This document shows, in pieces, positions 1 to 11,688 of a DNA stretch of 64,000 nt. Where the stretch lies: positions 186,001-250,000 of the forward strand of contig JAHDYR010000016.1 in assembly GCA_019828565.1 (NCBI GenBank), written 5' to 3'. Position numbers and translations under genes: made by a program. The notes under the pieces were generated by a model, which worked only from the letters and a program-made list of their open reading frames with translations, made no database searches and was not told the origin of the DNA. This stretch comes from Carpediemonas membranifera BICM (Eukaryota; Protista; Fornicata). Every line of letters starts with the position of its first letter. Within the stretch, counting starts at the first letter, position 1.

Positions 1-256
1 GCGAGTTCAAGCAGGGGAACGCCCATATTCGATAGTTCAGAGCTGGAAACAGCAAGCTGAGTAAAATAAATACTAATAAAACAAACTTTGACCTTCCAAT
101 CGAAGTTCCGGAGGTGCATTGGGAATACTTTGAAAAATGGACTGAAGACTGTGCAGTTTAAGGTTATGCGCAGAGAAATGCGCAGATGAGGGGCGGGTTG
201 AGACATTGAGGTCCAGACCCACAACACAACATCGGCTAAACCTGCGAAATTGCGGA

Positions 257-2629
257 ATGACAAACGACGACTTCGAATCATCTGTGGGATTGTCATGTGT
301 GGTTCTCGGCTTCGTTTCTGTTGGGAAAAGCTCTGTTATTGCGAAAATGGTGGATCCTGAAGCTCCTTTGGTTGCTGAGAATGTGCTAGGCATCAACCTC
401 ACCAGGAGGGTTACAACGGTGGATGAAAACGAAGTTCAGATCTCTTTCTGGGATACTCCCGGTCAGGATCGTTTCACATCGCTGAGTCACTTCTGTTTGG
501 CACGCAAGCACGACTTCATCCTTGCTTTCTATTCACTCCACGACAAGAAGAGCTTTGATGCTCTAGATAGCTACATGGGCACGGTCCGCAAGCACGCTAT
601 TGTTACTGACGGACTCCTCCCCCCAGTCTTCTGCATCGGGACCAAGGCAGACTTGCCGCAGGTCGTGACCGATGATGCCATTGAAGAGAAGATGGCGCAG
701 CTTGGATTCGAGGACCATTACAAGACGTCTGCCTTGCTCAACCAGGGCATTGCCGAGGCGATAGAAGACATTGCTGCGAGAGCCATTCGCATCCCATTGA
801 TTGCCCGAGAAGTTAGGATTACTGAAATCGGCGAGCATGCATTGCGCGCATTGAAATCGATACCACCGGAGACACTATCTCAATGGGATGCCGTCCTTGC
901 GATCGACCGGCTTCACTCGCTCATCGACGAGAACGACCGGGTGCGGGTGAGGGAAATGCTGAGGGACAAAACCCTCGGCCATGTGGTACTCAACGGCCGT
1001 GACAGTAGCGGACGCACGCCACTCTATAAGGCGTTTAGCCTCGGCCACCAAACGGTCTTTGAGGCCCTGATCCAGGCTGGTGCATCGTTTGACAATTTTT
1101 CCGGCGGCCATCCTCTTCTATCAATCGTGGCCAACCCGGCAATGCTTGACACGTGTGTCCGTGCGAACTTATTGACACCGGTTCTCGTCAATATGGACCA
1201 TAACGACGGGAATCACGATTTTACTCTCCTGGCCTTTGCAATTCTGCATCGATACTGGGACTCCGCGAAGATTCTCCTCAATATCGGAGCCAACCCACTC
1301 CTCCCTGGGCTCGGCATAAGCGCGGTGCGGGCTGTCCGACCTGTTCTGGGTCCTGAGGCCGACGAGGTCCGTGACCTCATCCACCGGGAGGTGGCGAAGA
1401 AGCTTACTACGGCCGTAGACCGGAGCAAGGTCAACCATGCGGCAGCAATTGTCTGCTCAGCCGACGTCGCCAATGGCTCACCTCTCTTGAACACCCCGCC
1501 ACCTCTACTGAACGCAGTCAAGGCAGGCAATGTACAAATGACGAAGTTGCTGCTGGAACATGGCGCTGACCCGACCACCAGCTTCAGGGGAAAGACAGCG
1601 CTCCAATTGGCCAATAGTGACGAAGTTCGCGAGCTCCTCCGTAGTGCCGAGAACCACGCAGCTTTAGACAAGATCGACCCCGTCAAGTTCAAGCACTCAA
1701 TGGAGGACATCATGGACGACGACGGCATCACATTCGACCCCGCCGCATGCCTCGGGGTGGGAGGCATGGCGGCCGTCTACCGTGGCCGACACAGCGACTC
1801 AACCTGCGCAGTCAAGGTGGTCGATCTCACCAAGATGGAGGATTACGAGTTCCGACAGCTCCAGAGCGAGCTGTACATCCACCAGCTGCTGCGACACAAG
1901 AATGTCATCGCCCTGTACGCCATGACCCAAAGTGTGACCGAGATCCGTTTGGCAATGGAGCTGGCGTCGGGCTCTCTGTGGCACCTCATCGATGGAATAA
2001 GAACGGGTGCTTCCAGCAAGGAGGAGCTGCCCTGGCCCCGGCGGCTGAAATTTGCCCGAGAGATTGCTGTAGGGATGAAGGCGATCGCCAGGAAAGGATA
2101 CGAGCACAGGGACCTCAAGTCTCTCAACGTGCTCATCGCCAATGGATCTGCGAAGATCAGTGACTTCGGGCTCACTGTCCGCTTGACGAACAACGCCATT
2201 AATTACGAAGGAACGCTCTTATGCCAGGCGCCCGAGCGGTTTAGCGGAGTGGGGGGCGAGAAGAGCGATGTATATGCCTTTGGAATCATCCTTTGGGAGC
2301 TGGCGACCCTTGATATCCCATACCGGGCCGAGGGCCTCACCGACTTCCAGCTCAGGGACCACGTGATCGGCGGGGGTCGGCCCAGTATTGACGGCAGTGG
2401 AGCTCCTGCTCTCATAGCAGAGCTGTATACAGCATGCATTGCCCAGGACCCAGCCGACCGCCCGTCCTTTGCTGACTTGGTGGACGCGCTGCCTGGCGAC
2501 GAGGCTGCCATTCATTCTATCGTTCAAACCTTATCAGCGCCCTGCCCCGCACCGGTGCTGTCCGCAGACGAGCACAGACGGGTCATGCGGCGGCTGGGCG
2601 GCATGCTGACCACCCGCCGCAGGTTGTGA
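257..2629 (+). CDS. Ras/Rab-like small GTPase - ankyrin repeat - TKL-type protein kinase fusion
   Basis: G motifs GFVSVGKS, WDTPGQ, TKAD, TSA; ankyrin repeats (GRTPLYKA, GKTALQLA); kinase motifs GVGGMA, AVK, HRDLKSLN, DFG, APE, DVYAFG. First ATG is at 257 (track start at 206 is TTG). Confidence 0.85.
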   Translation: MTNDDFESSVGLSCVVLGFVSVGKSSVIAKMVDPEAPLVAENVLGINLTRRVTTVDENEVQISFWDTPGQDRFTSLSHFCLARKHDFILAFYSLHDKKSFDALDSYMGTVRKHAIVTDGLLPPVFCIGTKADLPQVVTDDAIEEKMAQLGFEDHYKTSALLNQGIAEAIEDIAARAIRIPLIAREVRITEIGEHALRALKSIPPETLSQWDAVLAIDRLHSLIDENDRVRVREMLRDKTLGHVVLNGRDSSGRTPLYKAFSLGHQTVFEALIQAGASFDNFSGGHPLLSIVANPAMLDTCVRANLLTPVLVNMDHNDGNHDFTLLAFAILHRYWDSAKILLNIGANPLLPGLGISAVRAVRPVLGPEADEVRDLIHREVAKKLTTAVDRSKVNHAAAIVCSADVANGSPLLNTPPPLLNAVKAGNVQMTKLLLEHGADPTTSFRGKTALQLANSDEVRELLRSAENHAALDKIDPVKFKHSMEDIMDDDGITFDPAACLGVGGMAAVYRGRHSDSTCAVKVVDLTKMEDYEFRQLQSELYIHQLLRHKNVIALYAMTQSVTEIRLAMELASGSLWHLIDGIRTGASSKEELPWPRRLKFAREIAVGMKAIARKGYEHRDLKSLNVLIANGSAKISDFGLTVRLTNNAINYEGTLLCQAPERFSGVGGEKSDVYAFGIILWELATLDIPYRAEGLTDFQLRDHVIGGGRPSIDGSGAPALIAELYTACIAQDPADRPSFADLVDALPGDEAAIHSIVQTLSAPCPAPVLSADEHRRVMRRLGGMLTTRRRL

Positions 2630-2665
2630 GCACCGCAGATTCTCACTAATAAATATCGCGCACTT

Positions 2666-3601
2666 TTACCCAGCCCACAGCTTGACCTCCCCCTGCAAGC
2701 CATACTCACCCTTCCACGCGACCTTCTTCTTCCCCATTGCATAGTCTGCCGGCTTCTTCAACCAAGCAAGGAAGAACTGCCCCTCCTGTAGTGCCCCGAG
2801 GTCCAAGTAGGTATAGCACCTCAGACTGATCTTCCGCTTGTCGGGCTTGTAGTGCCTGAGCTCTAGGAACACGCGACCACCGGCCATATCTGCAAAGGGC
2901 TTCTGTAAGAAAATAATATCATGGAAAACGAGCCCCTTGCCGTCCTCAGTGGCGTTGCGGGCGAACGGTGTGTGTTGGACCTCGACTGTCCTGCCGCCCA
3001 TCACAAGAGTCGACGTGACCATCGCGTCTTTCATCTTGTGCGCGTCCGGCACCACCGCCAACTTGATACGAACGGCCACGTATACAGAGCCGGGGTCAGC
3101 GGCGGGCCTGGCCAACAAACTCCCACCGATAGCACCTAGGTCAGGATTGGACGGGTTGACCTTCATCCTCGGCGTCTGGTCGCCCTCCCACTGCCTGAGG
3201 TCGACTGGCCACGTCTGGACTCGGTCAGGCTCGTCGAGCAGGGGGACGAGGGCCGCAACCTGCTCGAGCGCCCGAGAGTCAATGAAAGTCGCATCCATGT
3301 CCGCCACGGCCTTGCAGCGGAGGTCGACGGTGAGACTAAGCTTGCGGATGAGCGTGTCGACAGCGGGCGGCTGCGGTGTGGTCTTGAGGAACGCAGTGAT
3401 GCTGTTCGTGAGGGACGCGTAGCCCTCTTCAGCTTCGATCGGTTGGCCCCACTTGTCGTACTCTATAGCCTTCCTTAGAGCCGTTTGCCACGTCTGGAGC
3501 TTGGTTCTCAGCGTATTGGGCGAGTTATCACGCCTCCCGAGACCTCCGGGCACCTTGCTATCGTGAACATGCTGTGAAAACAGCTGTGGGACTATTGGCA
3601 T
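2666..3601 (-). CDS. AIDA: AIDA-like protein (N-terminal helical + C2 domain)
   Basis: YDKWGQPIEAEEGY and FLELRHYKPDKRKIS...KKPADY match AIDA family motifs. Start is 3601 or 3613. Confidence 0.75.
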   Translation of the reverse strand: MPIVPQLFSQHVHDSKVPGGLGRRDNSPNTLRTKLQTWQTALRKAIEYDKWGQPIEAEEGYASLTNSITAFLKTTPQPPAVDTLIRKLSLTVDLRCKAVADMDATFIDSRALEQVAALVPLLDEPDRVQTWPVDLRQWEGDQTPRMKVNPSNPDLGAIGGSLLARPAADPGSVYVAVRIKLAVVPDAHKMKDAMVTSTLVMGGRTVEVQHTPFARNATEDGKGLVFHDIIFLQKPFADMAGGRVFLELRHYKPDKRKISLRCYTYLDLGALQEGQFFLAWLKKPADYAMGKKKVAWKGEYGLQGEVKLWAG

Positions 3602-3929
3602 TTCAGAACCCATAGTCTGGCGCCCCTGTCTTCCGATCAAACCGTTCAAACCGAATATATTGTCCTCGCATAAACACGTAAAACGGCTGGAGACCACGAT
3701 GCATGACGCGTCCACAGTCTGCCCTAGCGTCCAACGTCTTCGTCTGACCTGGTTTCCTGGTCAGAATGTCCATTCTGTCCAAGGAAACGTTTTCTGCAGG
3801 TTCGGCCAGGTTACCCCGGCCCCCGCCCAACATTACGATATATTACATACTTTACATTACAATATTGGTACACGGGGCCGGGGCAAGGGGCCAGACAGCC
3901 AGGGCTCAAGGAACGCCGGGTCGGCATCC

Positions 3930-4457
3930 TCAGTCGCTCTTGGGATGGGGCGACCGCCTCAGCATGACCATGCTAGCCATCGTACTGACACAGCACAGCG
4001 CCAGCCCGAATACCATTGGGGCGATTGCCTTGTCGGGGAGTCCACACACAAGCTTGTTGACCGAGACAGTAACGGGGGCCGAGAGCGGCGCCGTGCCGTC
4101 TACATAGACTGCCGTGGATGTCCCGCAGACCGTGATGACAGCCTGGTCGATCGGTACCGGGCCGGACGGTGTCTCGACCGCGTCTGACGACACGACGACA
4201 TGCAGCTTCTCAATCGATCGGTCCATTGCAGGGATTATGGAGCCATTGGACACTGATATGTCGAACTGGAATGGAATTTGGTACAGGAATGAGAGGTGGA
4301 CCTCGTACGCACCGTCGGCGTGGCGATTGAACGGAAGAGAGGCGCAACCGTGATTGGGAACATCTATTGTTCGTCCTTGATCTATTGTAAACGCGATCGC
4401 TGCATGCACAAGCAGGCACCCACAGCACAGCGTAAGAATAAGCTTCATCGATGGCAT
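3930..4457 (-). CDS. Small type I membrane protein of unknown function
   Basis: Signal-peptide-like MKLILTLCCGCLLVHAAIA, C-terminal hydrophobic segment and basic tail. Confidence 0.55.
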   Translation of the reverse strand: MPSMKLILTLCCGCLLVHAAIAFTIDQGRTIDVPNHGCASLPFNRHADGAYEVHLSFLYQIPFQFDISVSNGSIIPAMDRSIEKLHVVVSSDAVETPSGPVPIDQAVITVCGTSTAVYVDGTAPLSAPVTVSVNKLVCGLPDKAIAPMVFGLALCCVSTMASMVMLRRSPHPKSD

Positions 4458-4597
4458 GTGCGAGTCAGATGATTCGCATGTTATCTCGGGCCGTTGAGGC
4501 AGGCACGTCCTTGTCCAGCCTGCACAAGTGTCCTGTACAAGTCGAGTCGGCATTGACTTAAAGTGCAGCTTAGTAGTTCATCACATACTGCTGCCAT

Positions 4598-6443
4598 ATG
4601 CCCGGTCTAAAGTTCCCTAAGGTGTATGAATGGCTTGCCAATGTTGAACTTGACCACCTGTACAACAACTTTGAGGAGCAGAGCATTGACGAGGAAGCCT
4701 TCCTTCAGCTAATGATGGAGGACTATTCTTCTCTGGGCATCACCAACATGAAGGACAAACAGAAGCTCTTCTGCCTGGTCCAGATGCTGAAGCAAGAGTC
4801 CAACCGCGCCGAGGACGGCGATGACCTCATCTACGACTGGGGCAACGATTTCTCGCCCGTCCAGCATAAGAAGGAGGACGCTATGGGCGCTGTCGTCAAG
4901 AAGCGCGCCCCTGTTCCAGTAGCCATGGACCCTGCCCCCGGACCCGCTGCTGCCGGCCGTTTCCCCACCGAGGGCGAGTTCCTGGACCAGCTTGACTCCC
5001 GCATCCGAGTAGTCGTCCGCAAACGGCCCATGAACCGCAAGGAGATGGACAGGAAGGAGATGGACATCGCCGAGTGCTGCAACTGGGACCAGGTGCAGAT
5101 TAACGAGCCCAAGGTGAAGGTTGACCTGACGAAGTACACGGAGCATCACCAGTTCATGTTCGACCAGGTGTTCGACGAGGAAACTAACAACCAGGAGGTC
5201 TACTTCTACACCGCCCGCCCACTCGTCTCAGGCATCTTCAGCGGCGGGCACGCCACGTGCTTCGCCTACGGCCAGACCGGCGCTGGTTTGTACACCCCAC
5301 ACCCATTACACAGGTAAGACGTTTACGATGATGGGACGCGACGGTATCTACGTACTGGCGGCCAAGGACATCTTCACGATGCTCACCCGCCCCGAGTACC
5401 AACACCTGCAGGCCGAGGTCGCCTTCTTCGAGATCTACGGCGGCAAGCTCTTTGACCTTCTCAACAAGCGCAAGCGCCTGTGGGCCCGCGAGGACGCCAA
5501 GGGCACGGTATGCATAGCCGGCCTCCGCGAGGAAGTTGTTGCCGACTGCGATCGTCTGATGCGCATCATCGACTACGGCCTCACCTCCCGTTCCGTGGGC
5601 GCCACCGGAGTCAACGCAGACTCGTCCCGCTCCCACGCCATCCTCCAGATCACCCTGCGCGCTGCCGGGGACCCTAGCCGGCGCATCCACGGCCGGATCT
5701 CATTCATTGATCTGGCCGGGTCCGAGCGGGCCGCAGACACCATGGACACGAACAGACAGACGAGGATGGAGGGCGCGGAGATCAACAAGTCCCTGCTGGC
5801 CCTCAAGGAATGCATCAGGGCCCTGGACAAGAAGTCTGGCCACACTCCGTTCAGGGGGTCCAAGCTGACCATGGTGCTCAAGGACTCGTTCGTCGGGAAC
5901 GCCCAGACTGTGATGATCGCCAACATCAGCCCGAACTCACTGTCCTGCGAGAACACCCTCAACACGCTGCGGTACGCTGACCGCGTCAAGGAGATCCAGA
6001 GTCGCAAGGTCCCCGGCCGCGGCCGCCCCAACATGGACAAAGCGAACAAGCTCGACCAGCTGCCCCCCATGGGCGAACCCCAGGAGCCCCGCGATGTTAG
6101 GGCCCATGAGCCCGAGATTGAGCGGGATCCGCTCTCCCAGACACACGAAGATATCGTCGACCACATCTATATGCTCGAGGATGACATCATGGAGGCGCAC
6201 AGACAGGAGGTCGACCAGATGATGAACCTAGTGAAGGACGAAGTCGCGCTGCTCCACGACATAGAGCAGAGCGAGGACGTTGACCTCGACAGATGGGTCG
6301 GGCAGCTGGAGGAGATCCTGCAGAGGAAGCAAGCCGCCATCGGGGTGCTTCAGGGCAAGCTGGTCGACTTCAAGCGCCAGCTGCAGCTTGAGGAGCAGAT
6401 GAGCCGGTCGCTCGAGTTCGACCACGGTAAGCGTGGCAGGTAA
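4598..6443 (+). CDS. Kinesin-13 with N-terminal SAM-like domain; 2 exons (intron 5286-5313)
   Basis: [28 protein letters not shown]. Removing the 28-nt GT-AG intron restores the P-loop GQTGAGKT and joins the two track ORFs. Confidence 0.93.
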
Positions 6444-6497
6444 AGTCGTTATACATGTTACATGAGGTGTATATAACGTACAGGAAATATTTACAAT

Positions 6498-7781
6498 TTA
6501 AGCACGGTAGTCTATCTTCATCGCGCCGACCCAACCATCATAGCTGAACCCGTCATTGGCAGTGGGTGTGACCGAGCCGGAATAGATCTTGTCCGCGAGG
6601 TCGAACACGTACTTGTAACTAGTAGACCCGTCCTTGGTCTCGGAGATGACGCCAGCCTGCCAGTTGACGTCGATATCGCCCCTGAACGTGGCGGTGGGGA
6701 TAGCGATGTTGCCGATGGTAAACTTGCTGTCGAGCACGACCTTGCCGGCCATCTCGTCGACAGCGAGGTAGCTGAACACCGACCGGAACTTGAGCTCATC
6801 ACCTGTGGCGACGTTGAGGCTGGCGGTATCCATGAAGCTCAACGTGCCGTCAAGCGTGCCAGTGGCCGTGAGATCGTCAACAGTGCCGATGGCGAGGACG
6901 GCGTCCGCGTCGAGAGTGGTGATCGTGGCATCCTGGAGGTTTGCCCGGAGGAAGGGAGTGCGAGAGAGGTCGAGCAGGTCCCCGCTGACAGTGAGGGCGT
7001 GGATCGTGGTGCCGTCGACCTTGAGGTCCACGCCGTACTTAGATTGGATGTTGAGGTCCAGGTCAATTGTACCGGGGACCGTGACGGTGATGGCGAAGCG
7101 GGGGACGTTCAGGAGCCACGAGATGTCGAAGGAGCCGTACGAGGCAGTGAGCTTGTTGCTGGCGAGGATAGAGGAGGTTGTGGTGTCGTCCCATACAAAG
7201 TCGTAGTCGACGGCAGACGCCGAGGAGGAGGCAACGACGTGGGAGGCGACCTTGATGTGAGAACCGATGGTTGAATCCGTCTTGACCTCGACGATGGCGA
7301 ATGGCACATCAAGGTCTAGGCTGAATGCAGTAGATGAGAGGAATGAATACGTGACGTCCTCGGTGGTGTCCTCGAAGAAAGCGATTCTCCAAGTGAAGAA
7401 AACAATGATGCCGACAACGGCAAGTGAGGCAATGATAACGGCCGCACAGCAGAAGCAGACAAGCTGAGCGATGAGAAGAGAGAGGCCGCGGGAGCCAAAG
7501 CTTGCGCAGCATGGAATACTGAAAGAAGAACGTTTGTTCTTCTGCTTCTTTGCCTTCTTCTTTTGAGCCTGCTGGCGTCTCTTGGCCACCTGGCGGGCAG
7601 TAGTAGCGCCCTTGCGGCGCATAGTCGCGGACTGCGGGGGCAACATGTAGCCGCTTGCTCCGTTTCCTCCATATCCCATGGGGACCATCGGATAAGGCTG
7701 CATCATCTGGCCCTGCATTCCTTGCATGACGTATGTTGGTTGTGGTTGCGCATAGTACATTTGCTGCTGTCCTGCATACAT
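6498..7781 (-). CDS. Type II membrane protein with Q/M/Y-rich N-terminus and beta-rich (adhesin/DUF4097-like) ectodomain
   Basis: Long ORF, basic stretch, a single long TM segment, then a D/T/S/V-rich beta-strand pattern. The family call is tentative. Confidence 0.55.
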   Translation of the reverse strand: MYAGQQQMYYAQPQPTYVMQGMQGQMMQPYPMVPMGYGGNGASGYMLPPQSATMRRKGATTARQVAKRRQQAQKKKAKKQKNKRSSFSIPCCASFGSRGLSLLIAQLVCFCCAAVIIASLAVVGIIVFFTWRIAFFEDTTEDVTYSFLSSTAFSLDLDVPFAIVEVKTDSTIGSHIKVASHVVASSSASAVDYDFVWDDTTTSSILASNKLTASYGSFDISWLLNVPRFAITVTVPGTIDLDLNIQSKYGVDLKVDGTTIHALTVSGDLLDLSRTPFLRANLQDATITTLDADAVLAIGTVDDLTATGTLDGTLSFMDTASLNVATGDELKFRSVFSYLAVDEMAGKVVLDSKFTIGNIAIPTATFRGDIDVNWQAGVISETKDGSTSYKYVFDLADKIYSGSVTPTANDGFSYDGWVGAMKIDYRA

Positions 7782-8030
7782 TTGAGAGCAACCGAGATGT
7801 TTGGCTAATTTTGTCCCGAGCCAACTCAACGCGAAAATAGCCGCAGAATTTGGTGGAACCGAGATGTCCAGCCACACTTGGGCCGTCGCGGACGATGATA
7901 TTGGTCCAAGAAATAAGGCTTACCGGACCCTCCTTTGATCCATTTCAATTGGACCCAAGAGCAATACTCATCATTCACCACCATCGTCCAATCGACATAA
8001 CCATCCATGCCACGCCAGCTTGATACATGT

Positions 8031-9845
8031 TTACACGGAGATCAGCTTCACCGATGCGTCAGCACCACCAGTAACAAGCTTCTCGCCAACCCACCTCACA
8101 CAGAACGCGCCCTCCAGATGCACCTCGGCGCAGTCGGCCAGGGCCTTGCGGCTCTCAGGGTCCCACACCCGCACCGACCTGTCGTTCGACACGGACGCCA
8201 GCTTGCCGCTAGGGCCCCAGTGGAGCTGTCTGATGCGGGCAGTGTGGAACACCCAATCGTTGGCGACAGTCAGAGACCAGTCCTCGGTCGTCCACAGGCA
8301 GATACGCTTGATGGCGTCGCCCGAGGCAAGGAGGGTGCCGTCGGCGTTGAAGGCGAGTGCGGTGACATCGCGGGGGTGCTCCTCGAGCTGGGCAATCTGC
8401 TCGCCGTCGTGGGAGTACACAACGACATGGCCCTTGGTTGTCCCGGCGGCGACGTACTTCTCGCACATAGCCACGCTGATCAGATCGTCTCTGGCTACGG
8501 TGCGGGTCTCGCCCTCACCGTGGATCTCGAGCCCTGTGTGGCTAACAACGGCGTACGCGGCGCCCTGCGTGTCTAGAGCGATGGGGGTGCCCTCGGCAGG
8601 GAGCTTGGCAACAATGGCGCCGTTGACGATCGAGTAGAGGCTTCCGTCCATGTTGGCCGCCATGACACCCTCCTCGCCGTCAATGGTGCAGTTTTTGCAC
8701 GACACGAATGCGTTCTTGGGCATCGACCCAGACACGAGCGCTGTGTCAACGACAAGCCCGTCGGCAAGCGTGTGGACGTGGGCGCAGCCGTTGGCGTCCA
8801 CGCTATAGAGCTTGTCGCCGACGAGGGCGATGTCGTTCACAGCCTTCTGGTGGCCCTCGATGCGCTTATCCACGCCACCGTCAATGTTCCAGAACCTGAT
8901 GGTGCCGTCCAGACTGACTGAGATGAGGTGCTCGCCGTCCCAATCGACGCCGAGCTGCTGGTCGTTGATCGTGCCGTGGAGAGGGTCCTGCAGTGTCGTG
9001 ATCGTCTGGCAGTCGAGACCGCGGATGACGACTGTGCCGTCAGCGGAGCAGGTAGCGAACATGTCGGACTGGGGCGCCCAGGCGACGCCGTAGATGCCCT
9101 TGGTGTGGGCGTTCTCGAGGCGGGCGGACTCAGCAAAGGCCTTGGCCTCAGCGTCGTACGAGAAGACGAGGACGGTCTTGTCAGCTGAGACGATGGCGAC
9201 ATGGGTACCGTTGGGGCTGAAACGGACCGCGTTGACGGTGTTGGTGAGTGCTGAGCTCGAGACGAACTTGAAGGGCGGGCCCTTGAAGAACGCGCAACTC
9301 TGGTCCTTGGATCCCGTTGCAATGAAGAAGGGTCGCGTCGGGCGGAAGTCACAAGCCGTGATCTCCGCGCCATGACCGTTGAGGACGCCGAGGGAGGCTC
9401 CCTCGGGGGTAAACGCCTCGCCCATCTGCTGACGGCCGTCACCGACCACAACAAGGCGCTTGTTGTCACCGGACCAGGCGATGTCGTCTACAGCACCAGC
9501 AAAGCAGGAGCGCTCGCACTTGATGACGCGGTCGTCCGGGGGATTCGTTGTGTCCCACACGTGGATCACGCCAGTGTCGTCGCCGGTGGCAATCCACATG
9601 CCGCTGGGGGCGAAGCGGACAGCAGTGGTCTTGCCACGGTGCCGGCTGTACATCTCGACCTTGTTGTCATCCGTCAGGCTGCGAAGATAGACGTTCTTGC
9701 CGCTCACATAGGCATAGCGGCCCGTCTTCGTGTTGATTGAGATCCGTGAGGGTGTACCACGGATAGTGGATGGTGCAGGAGGTAGTTCAGAGATACACTC
9801 CATTGAGGGTTGAGGTTCAATTGTCTGAGCATTTTTTCTTGCCAT
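8031..9845 (-). CDS. AIP1: Actin-interacting protein 1 (WDR1), WD40
   Basis: PAPSTIRG, FAPSGMWIATGD, DIAWSGDNKRL, RPTRPF, FKGPPFKF, WVFHTARI. Confidence 0.92.
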   Translation of the reverse strand: MARKNAQTIEPQPSMECISELPPAPSTIRGTPSRISINTKTGRYAYVSGKNVYLRSLTDDNKVEMYSRHRGKTTAVRFAPSGMWIATGDDTGVIHVWDTTNPPDDRVIKCERSCFAGAVDDIAWSGDNKRLVVVGDGRQQMGEAFTPEGASLGVLNGHGAEITACDFRPTRPFFIATGSKDQSCAFFKGPPFKFVSSSALTNTVNAVRFSPNGTHVAIVSADKTVLVFSYDAEAKAFAESARLENAHTKGIYGVAWAPQSDMFATCSADGTVVIRGLDCQTITTLQDPLHGTINDQQLGVDWDGEHLISVSLDGTIRFWNIDGGVDKRIEGHQKAVNDIALVGDKLYSVDANGCAHVHTLADGLVVDTALVSGSMPKNAFVSCKNCTIDGEEGVMAANMDGSLYSIVNGAIVAKLPAEGTPIALDTQGAAYAVVSHTGLEIHGEGETRTVARDDLISVAMCEKYVAAGTTKGHVVVYSHDGEQIAQLEEHPRDVTALAFNADGTLLASGDAIKRICLWTTEDWSLTVANDWVFHTARIRQLHWGPSGKLASVSNDRSVRVWDPESRKALADCAEVHLEGAFCVRWVGEKLVTGGADASVKLISV

Positions 9846-10009
9846 AAAAAATGTTACCCGTCGTATGATACAGGCTTGGTTGGGCCAAAGGCTACCCTGC
9901 CTGGCGTGTACGCCCTCTGGGCTGAGTGCCCCCGCATGCATGTCCCTTGAATGAATCATTTACCAGAAAACCCAGTAGAAACGATGCGCATTGTTGTACA
10001 ACGAGACCC

Positions 10010-11539
10010 TCACTTGACCAGGGCTGCGCAGGCTGCGGCCACAACCTCTTCCAGCACGGCGGCAACCTCCACCGCCCGCTGTGACGACGACTCGCGGTCC
10101 TGCCGGGACTCCACGCGCTTGGTAGCCTTGGCTGCCTTCGCCTCTTCGGCGGCAAGCTCCTTCTTGAGGGCAGCAATCTCTGCCGCCGCCGCCCGCTTCA
10201 ACTCCCGCAGCTCCGTGTCCAGGCGGGCGCGGGCCTCCTTGAGCTCCGCCTCGCTCGCTTCCCGTCCCTGCGTGAGCTTGGCCTCGAGTGCTCGTCCGTC
10301 CTTCAGGGCCTTGGCGTTGTCTGCCCGACGCTGCGCGAGCTCGGCCTGTGTCGCGGCGTTCTCCTCCTCCAGGGCGCGCTGCTTCTCCGCCTGCGTACTC
10401 GCTTCGGCTTGCAGGATCTCGAGGTGGGTGTTGAGCTCCTTCGTCATACCCCGCTGGCCCTCGAGGTCGTCCCGTACCTGCTTGAGCTCCGCCTCCAGCT
10501 CCTCTTCGATGAGCCCGTGCTCGTGCACCTCGTTTTCGAGCCGCGTCTTCTCGGCAACAAGCAAGTTCCAGTCCCGCCGGTCAACTGGCCCGCTGTCCTC
10601 GTCGTCGGACTCCTCGTCGTACGTCAGGTTGGCCAGCATGGTCTCCGGCAGCTTCACGGTGTAGTCAAACGTCGCCTTGGCGATAGGCTTGCGGGCAACA
10701 GGGGCTGTGAATGCCTGGGGCTGCAGCATCGCTAGTGACTCTAGTATGCGGCCCTCCATGCCCGCCTCCACACGCCGCTCCTCCTTCGTGTGCTCTGTCT
10801 CCTCCATCGCCACTCTACTACGTTCCTGGGCCTCACGCTGGGCCTCGCGTCGCATGCGGCGGACAGCATCGTCCTTTTGCTGGGCCAAGAGGGCCTGCTT
10901 CTCCTCGAGCTGACGCTGGGCCTCAAGCTGCAATGCGAGCAGCTCCTCTGTCCGTCTGGCAGACCTTGCCGCGGCGGCCTCCTCGATTTGGCGGGAGCGG
11001 GCGGCCAGCTTCCTCGCAGACTCGGCCCGGATGGCCTCAACCTGAGCATGATACCGCTCATGGGCTATCCTGCGCTGCTCCTCGATCCTCTGCTCGACCA
11101 AGGACTTGACCTTCAGACGGGCATCCGACATTCTCGACGCAATGACGGGACTGGATTCGAGATGGACCGGCTCGACGGTGCGGAGAGGGGGGTGCTCGAT
11201 ACGACGGACGGCGTTGCTCTCCAGCTGGCTCAGCCGGTTGAGAATGTAGTGGCGTTTGAGCGATTGCTCCTCGATTTCGCGCTCTTTCGCCGCAAGTTCG
11301 TTGTTGAAACGGCGCTGTTCTGCTTCAAGCGCCTTGGCATGCTCCGAAATACGCGATTCTGCCTTATACTTGTAGCTTAGTGCAAATTCGGTTGCCATCT
11401 TCTTGTTTTGGTCGTGCTCGCGGCGTTCTCGCTTCAACGTGCGCAGCCGCTCACGAACTTTGGAGTCCTCAAGTGCACGCTGAGCTTCTTCAACCTCACG
11501 AGTTGTTAAAGAGCCTAGCGAGCGTACAGAAGAGTACAT
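10010..11539 (-). CDS. Coiled-coil protein, unknown function
   Basis: 509-aa E/A/R/K-rich heptad ORF. Confidence 0.7.
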   Translation of the reverse strand: MYSSVRSLGSLTTREVEEAQRALEDSKVRERLRTLKRERREHDQNKKMATEFALSYKYKAESRISEHAKALEAEQRRFNNELAAKEREIEEQSLKRHYILNRLSQLESNAVRRIEHPPLRTVEPVHLESSPVIASRMSDARLKVKSLVEQRIEEQRRIAHERYHAQVEAIRAESARKLAARSRQIEEAAAARSARRTEELLALQLEAQRQLEEKQALLAQQKDDAVRRMRREAQREAQERSRVAMEETEHTKEERRVEAGMEGRILESLAMLQPQAFTAPVARKPIAKATFDYTVKLPETMLANLTYDEESDDEDSGPVDRRDWNLLVAEKTRLENEVHEHGLIEEELEAELKQVRDDLEGQRGMTKELNTHLEILQAEASTQAEKQRALEEENAATQAELAQRRADNAKALKDGRALEAKLTQGREASEAELKEARARLDTELRELKRAAAAEIAALKKELAAEEAKAAKATKRVESRQDRESSSQRAVEVAAVLEEVVAAACAALVK

Positions 11540-11688
11540 GTGCTCGGAAGTTGTTCAATAAACTGCACCTGGCTTTGCGAAATCCGTCTAGCGAAAATTG
11601 AAAATGTCCAAACGTCCCAAGAATACTTTAACACTGCTAGCAATAAGAGCTCCACGCCCTCACCCTTCGCCATTCTCACCCAACTCCC

